63,764 nt of DNA from an uncultured Myxococcales bacterium (GTDB lineage: Bacteria > Myxococcota_A > Polyangia > Palsa-1104 > JAEUJZ01): positions 1 to 63,764 of the forward strand of contig CALFML010000356.1 of the NCBI GenBank assembly GCA_937879845.1. Reading direction: 5' to 3'. A program made the translations under genes and the position numbers. A model generated the notes under the pieces. It saw only the letters and a list, made by a program, of their open reading frames with translations, did not search any database and was not told the DNA's origin. Positions 17,460 through 27,199 of this stretch are shown piece by piece (position 1 is the stretch's first letter; each line of letters begins with the position of its first letter).

Positions 17460-20312
17460 ATGACGATCTCCACATATGTTCAGGTCGCATGCCTGCGCGG
17501 CAGCCTTGCCGGGAGGGTCTTCGCCTTCATCGACCCGGCGCCGATTCCTCTCCCGCAGCCGCTCCTGCTCGGGCGCAGTCCGGACTGCCATATCTGTTTT
17601 CAGGGCGCGGCGGACACCATGATCTCGCGCCGCCACATGGAAGTGCAGCTCGATGCCGACGGGATCCGCCTCATCGACGCCAGCACCCATGGAACCTTCC
17701 TGCTCCAGACCAAGGAGCGCATCTCCTCCCTGTATATTCCCCGCGGCGCGCAGGCGGTGATCCAGCTTGGGCCCGGGGGGCCGATCTGCCGCGTCGCCGC
17801 GGGCGTCGCGTTCCCCTTTGGCAACTACGCGCTCGTCGCCAAGCTCGGCGAGGGCGGGATGGCCGCGGTGTTCGTGGCGGCCGACAATCGGCTCGACCGG
17901 TTTGTCGTGCTCAAGCTGCTCCGGCCGGAGCTGCGCAAGCTCGACGCGCTGGCGGAGCAGCGCCTGCTCACCGAGGCGCGGATCGTCGCCCAGCTTGAGC
18001 ACAACAACGTAGTCCGGGTCTATGAGCTGGGAGAGCTCGGCGGCGTTCCTTTTATCGCCATGGAGTATCTGCGCGGCATCTCGCTGGGGCAGCTCATCGC
18101 CAAGCTGACGCAGGGGGGCAAGCGGCTCGCGCCGCCGCTGGCCGCCGCGATCATGGCCCAGGTCTGTCTGGGACTGCATGCCGCGCACGAGCTGCCGGCG
18201 CGGGTGGTGCACCGGGACGTCTCCCCCAACAACATCCTTATCACCCGCGACAGCGTCAAGGTGATCGACTTCGGTATCGCCCGCACCAACATGCCGGGTC
18301 CGAGCAAGCCCGTCACCGCGCCCAACATCACCGCCGGCTGTCCGCCGTATATGTCGCCGGAGCAGGTGGCGGCGCCGCAGTCGGTGAGCCGGCTGTCCGA
18401 CATCTTCTCGGCGGCGGCGGTGCTGTATGAGCTGTGCGCCGGAGCGAGCGCGTTTTCGCGCGGCAACATGGTGGCGACGATGGCGGCGGTGCTGACCCAT
18501 GAGCTCCTGCCGCTGCGCAGCGTCTGCGAGCAGGCCTCCGAGTCGCTGGAGCGGCTGCTTCAGCGCGCCCTGTCGAAACACCCGGCGGAGCGGCAGCCGG
18601 CGACCGCGGCCGAGTTTGCGGCGCTGCTCAAGGCGGAGGCGGGGCCGCAGCTGCAGAGCCACGACAGCATCATCAGCGCGATGGAGGAGCTCGGGATCGA
18701 CTTTCAGAGCCTGCCGCCGACGCCGCTCAGCGAAGAGCCGGAGCTGGTCCGCCGCTCGCGGCCGGCGCCGGCCAGAGCCCAGTCGGCCCCCGAGGGCAGC
18801 GAGCCCTTGGCGGCCCGGCGCAGCCTGCCCCGAGCCGGTTCTCCGGGGGCGCAGTCGGCGCTGGGCGGCAGAGTCCAGCCCGATCGGCCGGAGCGCGGCG
18901 CCGCGGTGCCGGCCGCCGAAAGCTTCGCCGACCTGACGGCGGATGCGCAGGAAGAGGGCGGCGAGGGACTTTCGCGTTCGGCCTGGATAAAAGACGGCAG
19001 ACCGGCCGCGCCGCCAGTGGCCGACCCGCTGCAGCAGGCGCTGGCGCAGCTGGAAGGCGGCTGGCTGCAGCTCGATGCGCCGCGTGAGATGAATGTCGGA
19101 CGCGCGTACGTCATCCGCGCCGGCGCGGCGCGGTCCCTTTTGCAGCGCAGCCTGGCGGAGTCGGGCGCGGAACACCGTGCCGTATCGGCGCCGGACTCCG
19201 ACTTCGCCGATGCGGAACAGAGCGATCCGCTGCACCTTGGGCGCTTGCTCCGCCTGGAGCTCTACCCGGACGACGCCGCGGCGTTCACGGTCCGCCGCCT
19301 CTCACCGGAGGAACAGTCGATGCTGCGCAGCGACCTGTCGCAGTGGGACTGGCTGGTGATCCCGCATCGCCCCGGCGACGGCCAAGGCCTGCACCTGACC
19401 GCGACCCACTTTGTCGAGGCGCGCGGCCAGCGGGTGAGCAAGCGCACGCCGCTGCGCTCCCTGCGCCTCAGGGTGCACGCGGCGACGGCGGGAGCCGGGA
19501 TCGTCGGACTGCCGACGACCGTCTTGCGCGGGCTTCTGGAGCAGCTCCTACCCAGCGAGTCCGAGTTCGAGCGCTTCTACTTTGCCCACATTCCGGAGAG
19601 CCACCGGCGGCCTAGTCCCGCCATGGACCGCATGCTGAAGGTCGGGCTGCTGTTGTTTCTGGGCAACGGCGCGCGGATCACCGACAGCCTGCGGCGCCAG
19701 GATCCGCAGGCGGTGGCGCAAGCGGAGGCGCAGGCCCTGACGACCTTGGAGACCAACCTCGATCCGGCGGCCAGCGACTCCATGCTGCCGGTCGTGCTGC
19801 CGGCGCGCGGCGGGGAGCTGGAGCTGCGTTCGGCCCGCATCGCTCGCATTTTCGTCGCCAGCCATGACCTGAACCCGCGTGAACACCGGACGCCGATCGC
19901 GCTGCCGCTCGACTTGGAGGGTCTGGTCGCCGACTTCCGGCGGCCGCTCGTGGCAACGCTGGTCAACCGCATGGTCGAGCTGCGCGTCGCCTCCGAGACC
20001 CTGAAGGCGGGGCGGACCTTCCGCATCTATCCCTCCGATCTGACGACCAACGGGGGACGCAACAGCTATACGCTGCCGCTGCCGTGTCCAGGCAAGCCGC
20101 TTTATGTCGGCCACCATCGCGGTGAGCACCGCACCATCACCGTCGCCAGCAACCTGGCGGATCCGCAGGAAGGAGAGCCGCCGCGGCTGGAGCTCTCCGC
20201 GCTGGGATTGCGGCTGATCTCCGCCGCCGGAACCGACCGCCTCTTTGCCGTCTACAGCATCGAGCCGGATCTCTCCTGCGCCTACGTGGCGTGTTTCACC
20301 GTCAGGCGTTAG
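17460..20312 (+). CDS. FHA domain - Ser/Thr protein kinase with ~560-aa C-terminal extension
   Basis: FHA region: LLLGRSPDCHICF..ISRRHMEV..IDASTHGTFL. Kinase motifs: LGEGGMAAVF, VVLKLL, VVHRDVSPNNILI, VIDFGIA, YMSPEQ. The extension has a disordered linker, a beta-rich module, a helical module (aa ~684-748) and a C-terminal beta module. Confidence 0.85.
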   Translation: MTISTYVQVACLRGSLAGRVFAFIDPAPIPLPQPLLLGRSPDCHICFQGAADTMISRRHMEVQLDADGIRLIDASTHGTFLLQTKERISSLYIPRGAQAVIQLGPGGPICRVAAGVAFPFGNYALVAKLGEGGMAAVFVAADNRLDRFVVLKLLRPELRKLDALAEQRLLTEARIVAQLEHNNVVRVYELGELGGVPFIAMEYLRGISLGQLIAKLTQGGKRLAPPLAAAIMAQVCLGLHAAHELPARVVHRDVSPNNILITRDSVKVIDFGIARTNMPGPSKPVTAPNITAGCPPYMSPEQVAAPQSVSRLSDIFSAAAVLYELCAGASAFSRGNMVATMAAVLTHELLPLRSVCEQASESLERLLQRALSKHPAERQPATAAEFAALLKAEAGPQLQSHDSIISAMEELGIDFQSLPPTPLSEEPELVRRSRPAPARAQSAPEGSEPLAARRSLPRAGSPGAQSALGGRVQPDRPERGAAVPAAESFADLTADAQEEGGEGLSRSAWIKDGRPAAPPVADPLQQALAQLEGGWLQLDAPREMNVGRAYVIRAGAARSLLQRSLAESGAEHRAVSAPDSDFADAEQSDPLHLGRLLRLELYPDDAAAFTVRRLSPEEQSMLRSDLSQWDWLVIPHRPGDGQGLHLTATHFVEARGQRVSKRTPLRSLRLRVHAATAGAGIVGLPTTVLRGLLEQLLPSESEFERFYFAHIPESHRRPSPAMDRMLKVGLLLFLGNGARITDSLRRQDPQAVAQAEAQALTTLETNLDPAASDSMLPVVLPARGGELELRSARIARIFVASHDLNPREHRTPIALPLDLEGLVADFRRPLVATLVNRMVELRVASETLKAGRTFRIYPSDLTTNGGRNSYTLPLPCPGKPLYVGHHRGEHRTITVASNLADPQEGEPPRLELSALGLRLISAAGTDRLFAVYSIEPDLSCAYVACFTVRR

Positions 20313-20334
20313 CAAGATTGAAGGAGCTCTCTGG

Positions 20335-22329
20335 ATGTCCCCTCTAAACAACGCCGCGAGCAACGCCGCAAGCAACGCCGCGAGCATAGAGCAAGTAGGC
20401 GCCAACATCGTCTACCAGATCATGGTGGAGACCCGGCCGAGCGGTTCCTGCGAGCCGCTGGAGATCGGCGCCGGGCGCTTCGCCAAGGTGTATAAAGCGT
20501 GGCAGCGCAGCGACGGTCAGGACATCCGCCAGGTGGCGATCAAGATCCTGCACAACACGGCGACCTACAGCCATCAGGATCTGTTCGACAAAGAGATAGA
20601 GCTTCTCAAAGAGCTCAGCGCCACGGGAAAGTTCAACGGCGTCAGCATCCTCGATGTCGTGCACCTGGGCCCGATGATCATGTGCGGCTGCGGGCAGATC
20701 TACCACCCGCTGTGTCCCAAGTGCGGCAAGCATCCGCTGCAGCGGCAGGAGAGCGACAGCAAGGAATACCCATCGCTGGTCTGTCCCGCCGGCGACTATG
20801 AGGTCTCCGCCAACGACATCGAGATGCAGTACCGGCGGCTCACCAGCGCCCCGGCCAAGCTGTGCTGCCGCGAGGGTCCGCGCGCCACCGAAGGAACGAT
20901 CATAAACTTCATCGATCGTCCGGCCGTGATCATGGAGCTGCAGCAGGTCACGCTCGACGGCGTCGGCGAGCATCGGCGGACGTACTTCGACCAGCGGGCG
21001 CAGCCCTTTCTGACGCCGCCGAGCGGGGATGACACCTCGCGGTTCTCCTATGCGCAGCGGCGGCGGCTGCAGGATCGGGCGCGGCTCCAGCGCGCCATGG
21101 CCCTTGATCGGATGATGCTCATGGTGCAAGTCGCCGAGTCGGTGACCTGGCTGCACCAGGAGATGAGCATCGTCCACAAGGACCTCACGCCCGACAACGT
21201 GATGGTGAACTTCGGCAAGGAGCGGGGGGCGAGCGGCCAGAAGCGCAACCGCGAGCCGATTCGTCTGCAGGACATGCTCAACGACATGGTCACCTACCCG
21301 AGCTTCGGGGTGAAGGTGATCGACTTCGGCCTCGCCGACCGCGGCAAGCTGTCGCACAAGTGGTACGAAGAGCGCGATGTGAATAACGCCGGAGTGGATA
21401 AAGCTCCGTACTTTTCTCCCGAGGCGCTGCAGCGCATCCAGCACCTGCCGCCGCGGACGCAGATCGACGTGTCGCAGAAGCGGCTCCTCATCCCGCAGGA
21501 AGTATGGGCGTCGAACCTCTCAGTGCACGTCGGCGATCTGATTACTTTCCAGTGGGATCAGAACCACCTCCACGATCTTTGCATCATCCGCATCGAGCCC
21601 GGACCCGACCCCGGCACCCGCTACGCCTACTTCGACGGCACGCCGCCGCCGCCGGCCCAGCACCGGCAGATCCAGCTGATCCTGCCGCTCGTTGAAGCGC
21701 ACGATATCTACTCGGTCGGGGCGCTGTTTTATTTCATCATGACCGAGGATCACCAGCAGGTGCAGCGCCTGGCGGGCCTGGTCAACGCCATCCAGACGCG
21801 CCCGTGCGAGCTGACGGCGGAGGCGCTCAAGCGGCGGCACGGCGACGGCTACATCGCCTACCGCGACGCCCTGCCGATTCCCGATCCGTACTGGCGGGAC
21901 CGCGTCATGGAGATCATCCTGCGCGCCATGGTGCGCGGGCGGCCGGAGAGCTACAGCTCCTCCCGCAGCCAGCGCGGTCCGGAGGGCACGTCGGACCTGC
22001 TGTGGGATGCCAAGAAGATCTACCGCGGCCTGCAGGAGACCATCCTCTCCGAGCAGCGCATCCGCCGCCTGCAGATGGCGACCTTGGGGCTGGTGGGGAT
22101 AACGCTCCTCATCACCTGGATCGCCGCCGCTTGGCTCGTCCAGAAGCCGCCGGTATTCCTGATCAATAACGTGGACTGCGCGCGGCCGCACTGTTCGGAG
22201 GTGACGGCGCCGGTCCGGCTCATTCCCAAGACAAACCCCGAAGCCCAGGGTTCCGCATCGTCTCCATCGTCCTCATCCGCCCCATCTGAAGAAGGCGGCA
22301 AGAAGCGCGGCTCACGCAAGCTCTGGTAG
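20335..22329 (+). CDS. Atypical membrane-anchored protein kinase with Zn-ribbon and beta-rich insertions
   Basis: ATG 20335 with GAAGGAG SD. Kinase motifs: IGAGRFAKVY, VAIKIL, IVHKDLTPDNVMV, VIDFGLAD, YFSPEAL, DIYSVGALFY. A CGCG-x7-CPKC cluster lies in an ~80-aa insert after the alphaC/beta4 region. A second ~90-aa insert follows the SPE motif. C-terminal TM helix LGLVGITLLITWIAAAWLV. Confidence 0.75.
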   Translation: MSPLNNAASNAASNAASIEQVGANIVYQIMVETRPSGSCEPLEIGAGRFAKVYKAWQRSDGQDIRQVAIKILHNTATYSHQDLFDKEIELLKELSATGKFNGVSILDVVHLGPMIMCGCGQIYHPLCPKCGKHPLQRQESDSKEYPSLVCPAGDYEVSANDIEMQYRRLTSAPAKLCCREGPRATEGTIINFIDRPAVIMELQQVTLDGVGEHRRTYFDQRAQPFLTPPSGDDTSRFSYAQRRRLQDRARLQRAMALDRMMLMVQVAESVTWLHQEMSIVHKDLTPDNVMVNFGKERGASGQKRNREPIRLQDMLNDMVTYPSFGVKVIDFGLADRGKLSHKWYEERDVNNAGVDKAPYFSPEALQRIQHLPPRTQIDVSQKRLLIPQEVWASNLSVHVGDLITFQWDQNHLHDLCIIRIEPGPDPGTRYAYFDGTPPPPAQHRQIQLILPLVEAHDIYSVGALFYFIMTEDHQQVQRLAGLVNAIQTRPCELTAEALKRRHGDGYIAYRDALPIPDPYWRDRVMEIILRAMVRGRPESYSSSRSQRGPEGTSDLLWDAKKIYRGLQETILSEQRIRRLQMATLGLVGITLLITWIAAAWLVQKPPVFLINNVDCARPHCSEVTAPVRLIPKTNPEAQGSASSPSSSSAPSEEGGKKRGSRKLW

Positions 22330-22558
22330 GTGGCTCGACCAATAGGCGGCGCAAGCCGGCGGCGCTCCCGCATGCGCGCGCCGCAGCGCCGGGGCGCATT
22401 CCTGCACCGACATTCGCCGCAGCCATCGCCGGGCTTTCTGCGGTACACTAAAAGAGGTACTCGCCAGTTATTTGGGCTGACCCGGGGGACAGAGCCTATG
22501 ACGGAGGGGCGAGCCTCCGCCTGATCCATTCCAGTCCGCCGTATCAAAAGGAGAAATT

Positions 22559-23746
22559 ATGTATAAGACCTTTGCAGCGCTAGCCTTGGCATCGCTGACC
22601 GCGCTCGGATGCAGCGGCAACTCCCTTTCCGGCACCGACCCCAATGGTAACGGCAACGACGATGGGGGAAGCGGCAATGGAGACGGCGGCAATGGCAATG
22701 GCGATGGCGGCATCGACCGCGATGCGGCCTGCGGCGATGTGCGGGCCCAGGCCACCCTGGCCAAGTCTCCGGTCGATGTCATCTTCGTGGTCGATAACTC
22801 CGGCAGCATGACGCTGGAGATCCAGTCCGTTGAGAAGAACATCAATCAGAGCTTCGCCGCGATCATCGCCGCAAGTGGTCTGGACTACCGCGTGATCCTC
22901 ATCTCCAACCACGGCTCGGCTTCGGCGGATCAGTCCATCTGCATCAGCGCGCCGCTGGCCTCCAACGCCAGCTGCACGCCGCCGCCGGCCAAGCCCGGCA
23001 ACTCGGCGCGCTTTTATCAGTACAGCCAGGAGATCGCCAGCACCAACTCGCTGGATCTGGTCCTCCAGACCTACGCCAAGGCCGACACCCTGGGCCTGGC
23101 GCCGAGCGGCTGGCAGGCCTGGCTACGTCCCAACGCGGTCAAGACCTTCATCGAAATCACCGATGACAACCAGGGGACAAAGTACACCGCGCAGAGCTTT
23201 GACACGGCCCTTTTGCAGCTTGCTCCGAACCAGTTCGGCACTGCCGCCAAGCGCAACTACACCTTCCACAGCATCGTCGGCGTGCTGGAGAATAACCCCG
23301 CCACCAAGGCCTACGCGCCGACCGATGCGCTCGTGACCACCAAGTGCTCAAGCGCCGTCAACACCGGCGCGGTCTATCAGAACCTGTCGATCCTCACCGG
23401 CGGTCTGCGCTTCCCGGTGTGTCAGACCGCGAGCTACGACGCGGTGTTCAAGACCGTGGCCCAGGGCGTGGTCACCGGCTCGACCCTGGCTTGCGACTTC
23501 GACGTTCCGGCGCCGCCGCCGGGCAAGACCTTCATCCTGACCACCGCCGAGCTGGCCTATACCCCGGGCAACGGCGGCGCGCCCAAGAACTTCAAGCAGG
23601 TTCCGGATCAGACGCAGTGCGCGGCCGACTCGTTCTTCATCTCCAACGGCCGCGTCTATCTGTGCCCGGCCTCCTGCACCACCGTCCAGGCGGATCCGGG
23701 AGCCAAGATCGACCTGCTCCTTGATTGCAACTCGGTCGTCGGCTAA
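22559..23746 (+). CDS. Lipoprotein with von Willebrand factor A (vWA) domain
   Basis: AAGGAG SD before the ATG. Lipobox LTALGC and a G/N/D-rich linker. MIDAS-type DVIFVVDNSGSM. The C-terminal part is Cys-containing. Confidence 0.7.
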   Translation: MYKTFAALALASLTALGCSGNSLSGTDPNGNGNDDGGSGNGDGGNGNGDGGIDRDAACGDVRAQATLAKSPVDVIFVVDNSGSMTLEIQSVEKNINQSFAAIIAASGLDYRVILISNHGSASADQSICISAPLASNASCTPPPAKPGNSARFYQYSQEIASTNSLDLVLQTYAKADTLGLAPSGWQAWLRPNAVKTFIEITDDNQGTKYTAQSFDTALLQLAPNQFGTAAKRNYTFHSIVGVLENNPATKAYAPTDALVTTKCSSAVNTGAVYQNLSILTGGLRFPVCQTASYDAVFKTVAQGVVTGSTLACDFDVPAPPPGKTFILTTAELAYTPGNGGAPKNFKQVPDQTQCAADSFFISNGRVYLCPASCTTVQADPGAKIDLLLDCNSVVG

Positions 23747-24094
23747 CTCGCCCGCGTCTTTGTCGCCGCCGCTCCTCTAAAAACCGGTTCACGACCGGGC
23801 TCCCAATAAGACCCCCACCCATTCCGGCGAATCATTTTCGGGGTTCGCTGGGACGGCTGCGCGTGCGGGAGAATCGCTACAGAATCCAGCGGAAGTCTCT
23901 GTGCTGGAAATACTGAGCTCTCATTACTCTGCGAAATCCCGACGGAAATCCTCGGCTTGTGAAGAAATATTAATCTGTCATTAACCTGCGCCGCGTGATC
24001 GGCGCGGCACATTCACCTATCAGCAGCTCTGGATATCTCTACGTGTCGTCACACATCTGGGAAGCGGCACAGCTTTGTTGGGAGTGATTCGCGA

Positions 24095-27000
24095 ATGCTC
24101 AATCGGCTTATTGATCTCGCTGTCCATCGTCGCCTCGCAACCATGGTGCTCACGGTGGCTTTTGCGGTCTTCGGCATCTTTACCTTCACTAAGCTGAAGA
24201 TCGAGGCGTTTCCCGATGTCACCAACGTCCAGGTGATGGTCATCAGCCTCTACCCCGGCCAGGCGGCGGAAGAGGTCGAAAAGCAGGTGACGATCCCTGT
24301 CGAACGGGCGCTGGTGGGAGTGCCGCGCGTCATCGTCCAGCGCTCGATCACTTCGTTCGGGCTGTCGCAGGTGATCCTGACGTTCGAAGACGATGTCGAG
24401 ATCTACTTCGCCCGCCAGCAGGTCGCCGAGCGGCTCTCCGGTGCCGAGGTCCCCGACTCGGTAAAGCCGACCCTTGGCCCCAACGATACGCCGGTCGGCC
24501 AGATCTTCCAGTACACCTTGGAGAGCGACAGCCACAGCCCATCGGAGCTGCGCAGCTGGCAGGACTACGTGGTGTCGCGCCACCTCATGCGCGCCCCCGG
24601 CGTCGCCGATGTGGTGAGCTTCGGCGGCTTTCAGAAGGAGTATCACATCCTGGCGGATCCGGCAAAGCTGCGCAGCAGCGGGCTTTCGCTCCGCGAGGTG
24701 ATCGCGGCGGTCTCGGAGTCAAACGGCGCAACCTCGGGCGGCTACATCACGCACGGTGAGTCCGAGTTCGTGGTCCGCGGCCGCGGCTATCTCAAGACCT
24801 TGCGCGACATCGAAAACGTCGTCATCCGCTCCCACGCCGGCACGCCGGTACTGGTCCGCAACATCGCCAAGGTCGCAGAGGGCTACACCCCGCGGCGCGG
24901 CGCCGTGGCGCGTCAGGACGACATCGACTCGATCGAGGGAACGATCCTTTTGCGCCGCGGGGAGAATCCCAAAGACGTGCTGCAGGCCGTGCACGAGGTC
25001 GTCGCCCGCGTCAACCGCGATGTCCTGCCCAAGGGGATGCAGATCAAGCCCTTTTACGATCGCACGCAGCTTGTCGACACCACCTTGAAGACGGTCCTGC
25101 GCAACATGGTGGAAGGGGCGGGGCTGGTGACGCTCGTGATCTGGCTGTTCCTGCGCGCCATGTCGGGCTCGTTCGCGGTGGCGGTGACCATGCCGCTGGC
25201 GCTGCTCGCGTCGTTCGTCGGCCTTTACTATGCCGGCGTGCCGGCCAACCTGCTGTCGATGGGCGCGATCGACTTCGGCATCCTGCTCGATGGGGCGGTG
25301 ATCCTGGTGGAGAACGCCTATCGTCATCTCTCCGAGTCCAAGTCGCCGCCGGAGCGGGTGCCGTTCGTGGTCGCCAGCGCCGCCAAGGAAGTGCTGCGGC
25401 CGACGCTGTTTTCGATGTCGATCATCGCCGCGGCGATGATGCCGATCTTCACCCTGGAGCGAGTCGAGGGACGGATCTTCCGCCCGGTGGCCCTCACCTA
25501 CGCCTTCGCCTTGGCCGGGGCGCTGTTCTTCACCCTCACCTGCGTGCCGGCGCTGACGACGATTCTCCTCCAGCGCCACCAGGTGGAAGAGAAGGATCCG
25601 CACTTCCTGGTCGTGCTGCGCCACTACTACCTCAAGGCGCTGCGCGTCGCCTTGCGCTTTCCGGTGTTGACGCCGCTCATCGCGCTCCTGGTCCTGGGCT
25701 GGGCGGTGGCCGTGGTGCCGAGCCTGGGCACGCAGTTTCTTCCCGAGATGAACGAGGGCGACATCCACATCACCGTGACCATGCCGAGCGCCGTGTCGCT
25801 GGGCCGCGGCGCCCAGGTCCTGCGCGATACGCGCCTTAAGATCCTCGAGTTTCAGGAGGTCAAGGACGTGCTGTCGGAGCAGGGGCACCCCGAAGACGGA
25901 ACCGATGACGAAGCGCCGAATCAGTCCGAGATGTTCGTCATCATGAAGCCGGAGAGTCAGTGGAAGACCGGGCGTAAGAAGGAACAGATTGTCGATGCGA
26001 TGCGCGCTGCGCTGTCGCAGCGGCCGGGTGTTGTCTATAACTTCAGCCAGCCGATCAAGGACCGCGTGGAGGAGTCGATCTCCGGCATCCGCGGCCAGAT
26101 CGTCGTCAAGATCTACGGCGAAGATCTGCACCTCATGCACGAAAAGCTGGAGGAGGTGCGCAAGGTCCTTATCACCACGCGCGGGGCCCGCGATGTCGAG
26201 ATCTACCGCGCCGGAACCGCCCAGCACATCGTCGCCGAGGTCGACCGCGAGGCCACCGCCCGCTACGGCCTGTCGGTGCGCGATGTCGAAGACGTGATCG
26301 AGAGCGGCTTTGGCGGCAAGGTCGCGACCTCGATGTGGGAAGGCGAGCGCAAGGTGGATGTGCGCATCAAGCTTCCCACCCCCGGCCAGGGCGACACGTT
26401 CGCGGTCGGCCGGCTGGAGGTTCCTGCTGACAAGACGCGACTGCCGCTGTCGGCCCTGGCCAACGTCCGGGTGGACAAGGGCCGCACCCAGATCAACCGC
26501 GAGCAGGGCGGCCGGTTCCTAGCCGTCAAGACCAACATCGAAGGCCGCGACATGGGAACCTTCGTCGAAGAGGCGCAGCGCCGGGTGCAGAGCGAGGTCC
26601 ACCTGCCGGACGGCTACTACCTGACCTGGGGCGGCGAGTTCGAGAACCAGCGGCGCGCCATGCGGCGGCTGCTCATCATCGTGCCTATTTCGGTGGCGCT
26701 CATCTTCGTGCTCTTGTACATGGCGTTCGGTGCGGCGCTGCCGGCGCTGGTGGTGCTGCTCGACGTGCCGTTTGCGACCGTCGGCGGCGTGTTCGCGCTG
26801 TACCTCACCCACACCGTGCTCTCGGTGTCCGCCGCCGTGGGCTTTATCACCCTGTTCGGGGTCGCGGTGATGGACGGGGTGCTGCTCATCACCTACGTCC
26901 GCCAGGCGCGGGCCAAGACGCCGGGGAGCGAGGAGGCGATCCTGCAGGCGGTGTCGCAGCGGCTGCGGCCGGTGCTGATGACGGCTCTGCTCGCATCGCT

Positions 27001-27199
27001 CGGACTCTTGCCGGCGGCCTTATCGCACGCCATCGGCTCGGACACGCAGCGGCCGTTCGCCATCGTCATCATCGGCGGACTGTTTTCGTCCACCCTGCTC
27101 ACCATGCTGCTCCTGCCGACCCTGTACGAGCTGTTCGAGAACTGGTTTGGCAGCGGCCGCATGCAGCGGCGGGCGGCTCGGCTTGGGGGGGCGCAATGA
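24095..27199 (+). CDS. Heavy-metal efflux RND permease (CzcA/CusA family)
   Basis: 1034 aa. N-terminus MLNRLIDLAVHRRLATMVL..FPDVTNVQVMV. Twelve-TM RND layout with HME-type sequence throughout. Confidence 0.9.
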   Translation: MLNRLIDLAVHRRLATMVLTVAFAVFGIFTFTKLKIEAFPDVTNVQVMVISLYPGQAAEEVEKQVTIPVERALVGVPRVIVQRSITSFGLSQVILTFEDDVEIYFARQQVAERLSGAEVPDSVKPTLGPNDTPVGQIFQYTLESDSHSPSELRSWQDYVVSRHLMRAPGVADVVSFGGFQKEYHILADPAKLRSSGLSLREVIAAVSESNGATSGGYITHGESEFVVRGRGYLKTLRDIENVVIRSHAGTPVLVRNIAKVAEGYTPRRGAVARQDDIDSIEGTILLRRGENPKDVLQAVHEVVARVNRDVLPKGMQIKPFYDRTQLVDTTLKTVLRNMVEGAGLVTLVIWLFLRAMSGSFAVAVTMPLALLASFVGLYYAGVPANLLSMGAIDFGILLDGAVILVENAYRHLSESKSPPERVPFVVASAAKEVLRPTLFSMSIIAAAMMPIFTLERVEGRIFRPVALTYAFALAGALFFTLTCVPALTTILLQRHQVEEKDPHFLVVLRHYYLKALRVALRFPVLTPLIALLVLGWAVAVVPSLGTQFLPEMNEGDIHITVTMPSAVSLGRGAQVLRDTRLKILEFQEVKDVLSEQGHPEDGTDDEAPNQSEMFVIMKPESQWKTGRKKEQIVDAMRAALSQRPGVVYNFSQPIKDRVEESISGIRGQIVVKIYGEDLHLMHEKLEEVRKVLITTRGARDVEIYRAGTAQHIVAEVDREATARYGLSVRDVEDVIESGFGGKVATSMWEGERKVDVRIKLPTPGQGDTFAVGRLEVPADKTRLPLSALANVRVDKGRTQINREQGGRFLAVKTNIEGRDMGTFVEEAQRRVQSEVHLPDGYYLTWGGEFENQRRAMRRLLIIVPISVALIFVLLYMAFGAALPALVVLLDVPFATVGGVFALYLTHTVLSVSAAVGFITLFGVAVMDGVLLITYVRQARAKTPGSEEAILQAVSQRLRPVLMTALLASLGLLPAALSHAIGSDTQRPFAIVIIGGLFSSTLLTMLLLPTLYELFENWFGSGRMQRRAARLGGAQ

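Noticed and set aside
24065-24078. CGGCAC-agct-TTGT just upstream of the heavy-metal RND permease start.
   Set aside because: The spacer is one nucleotide short, the -12 GC is missing, and the site is only ~17 nt from the ATG.
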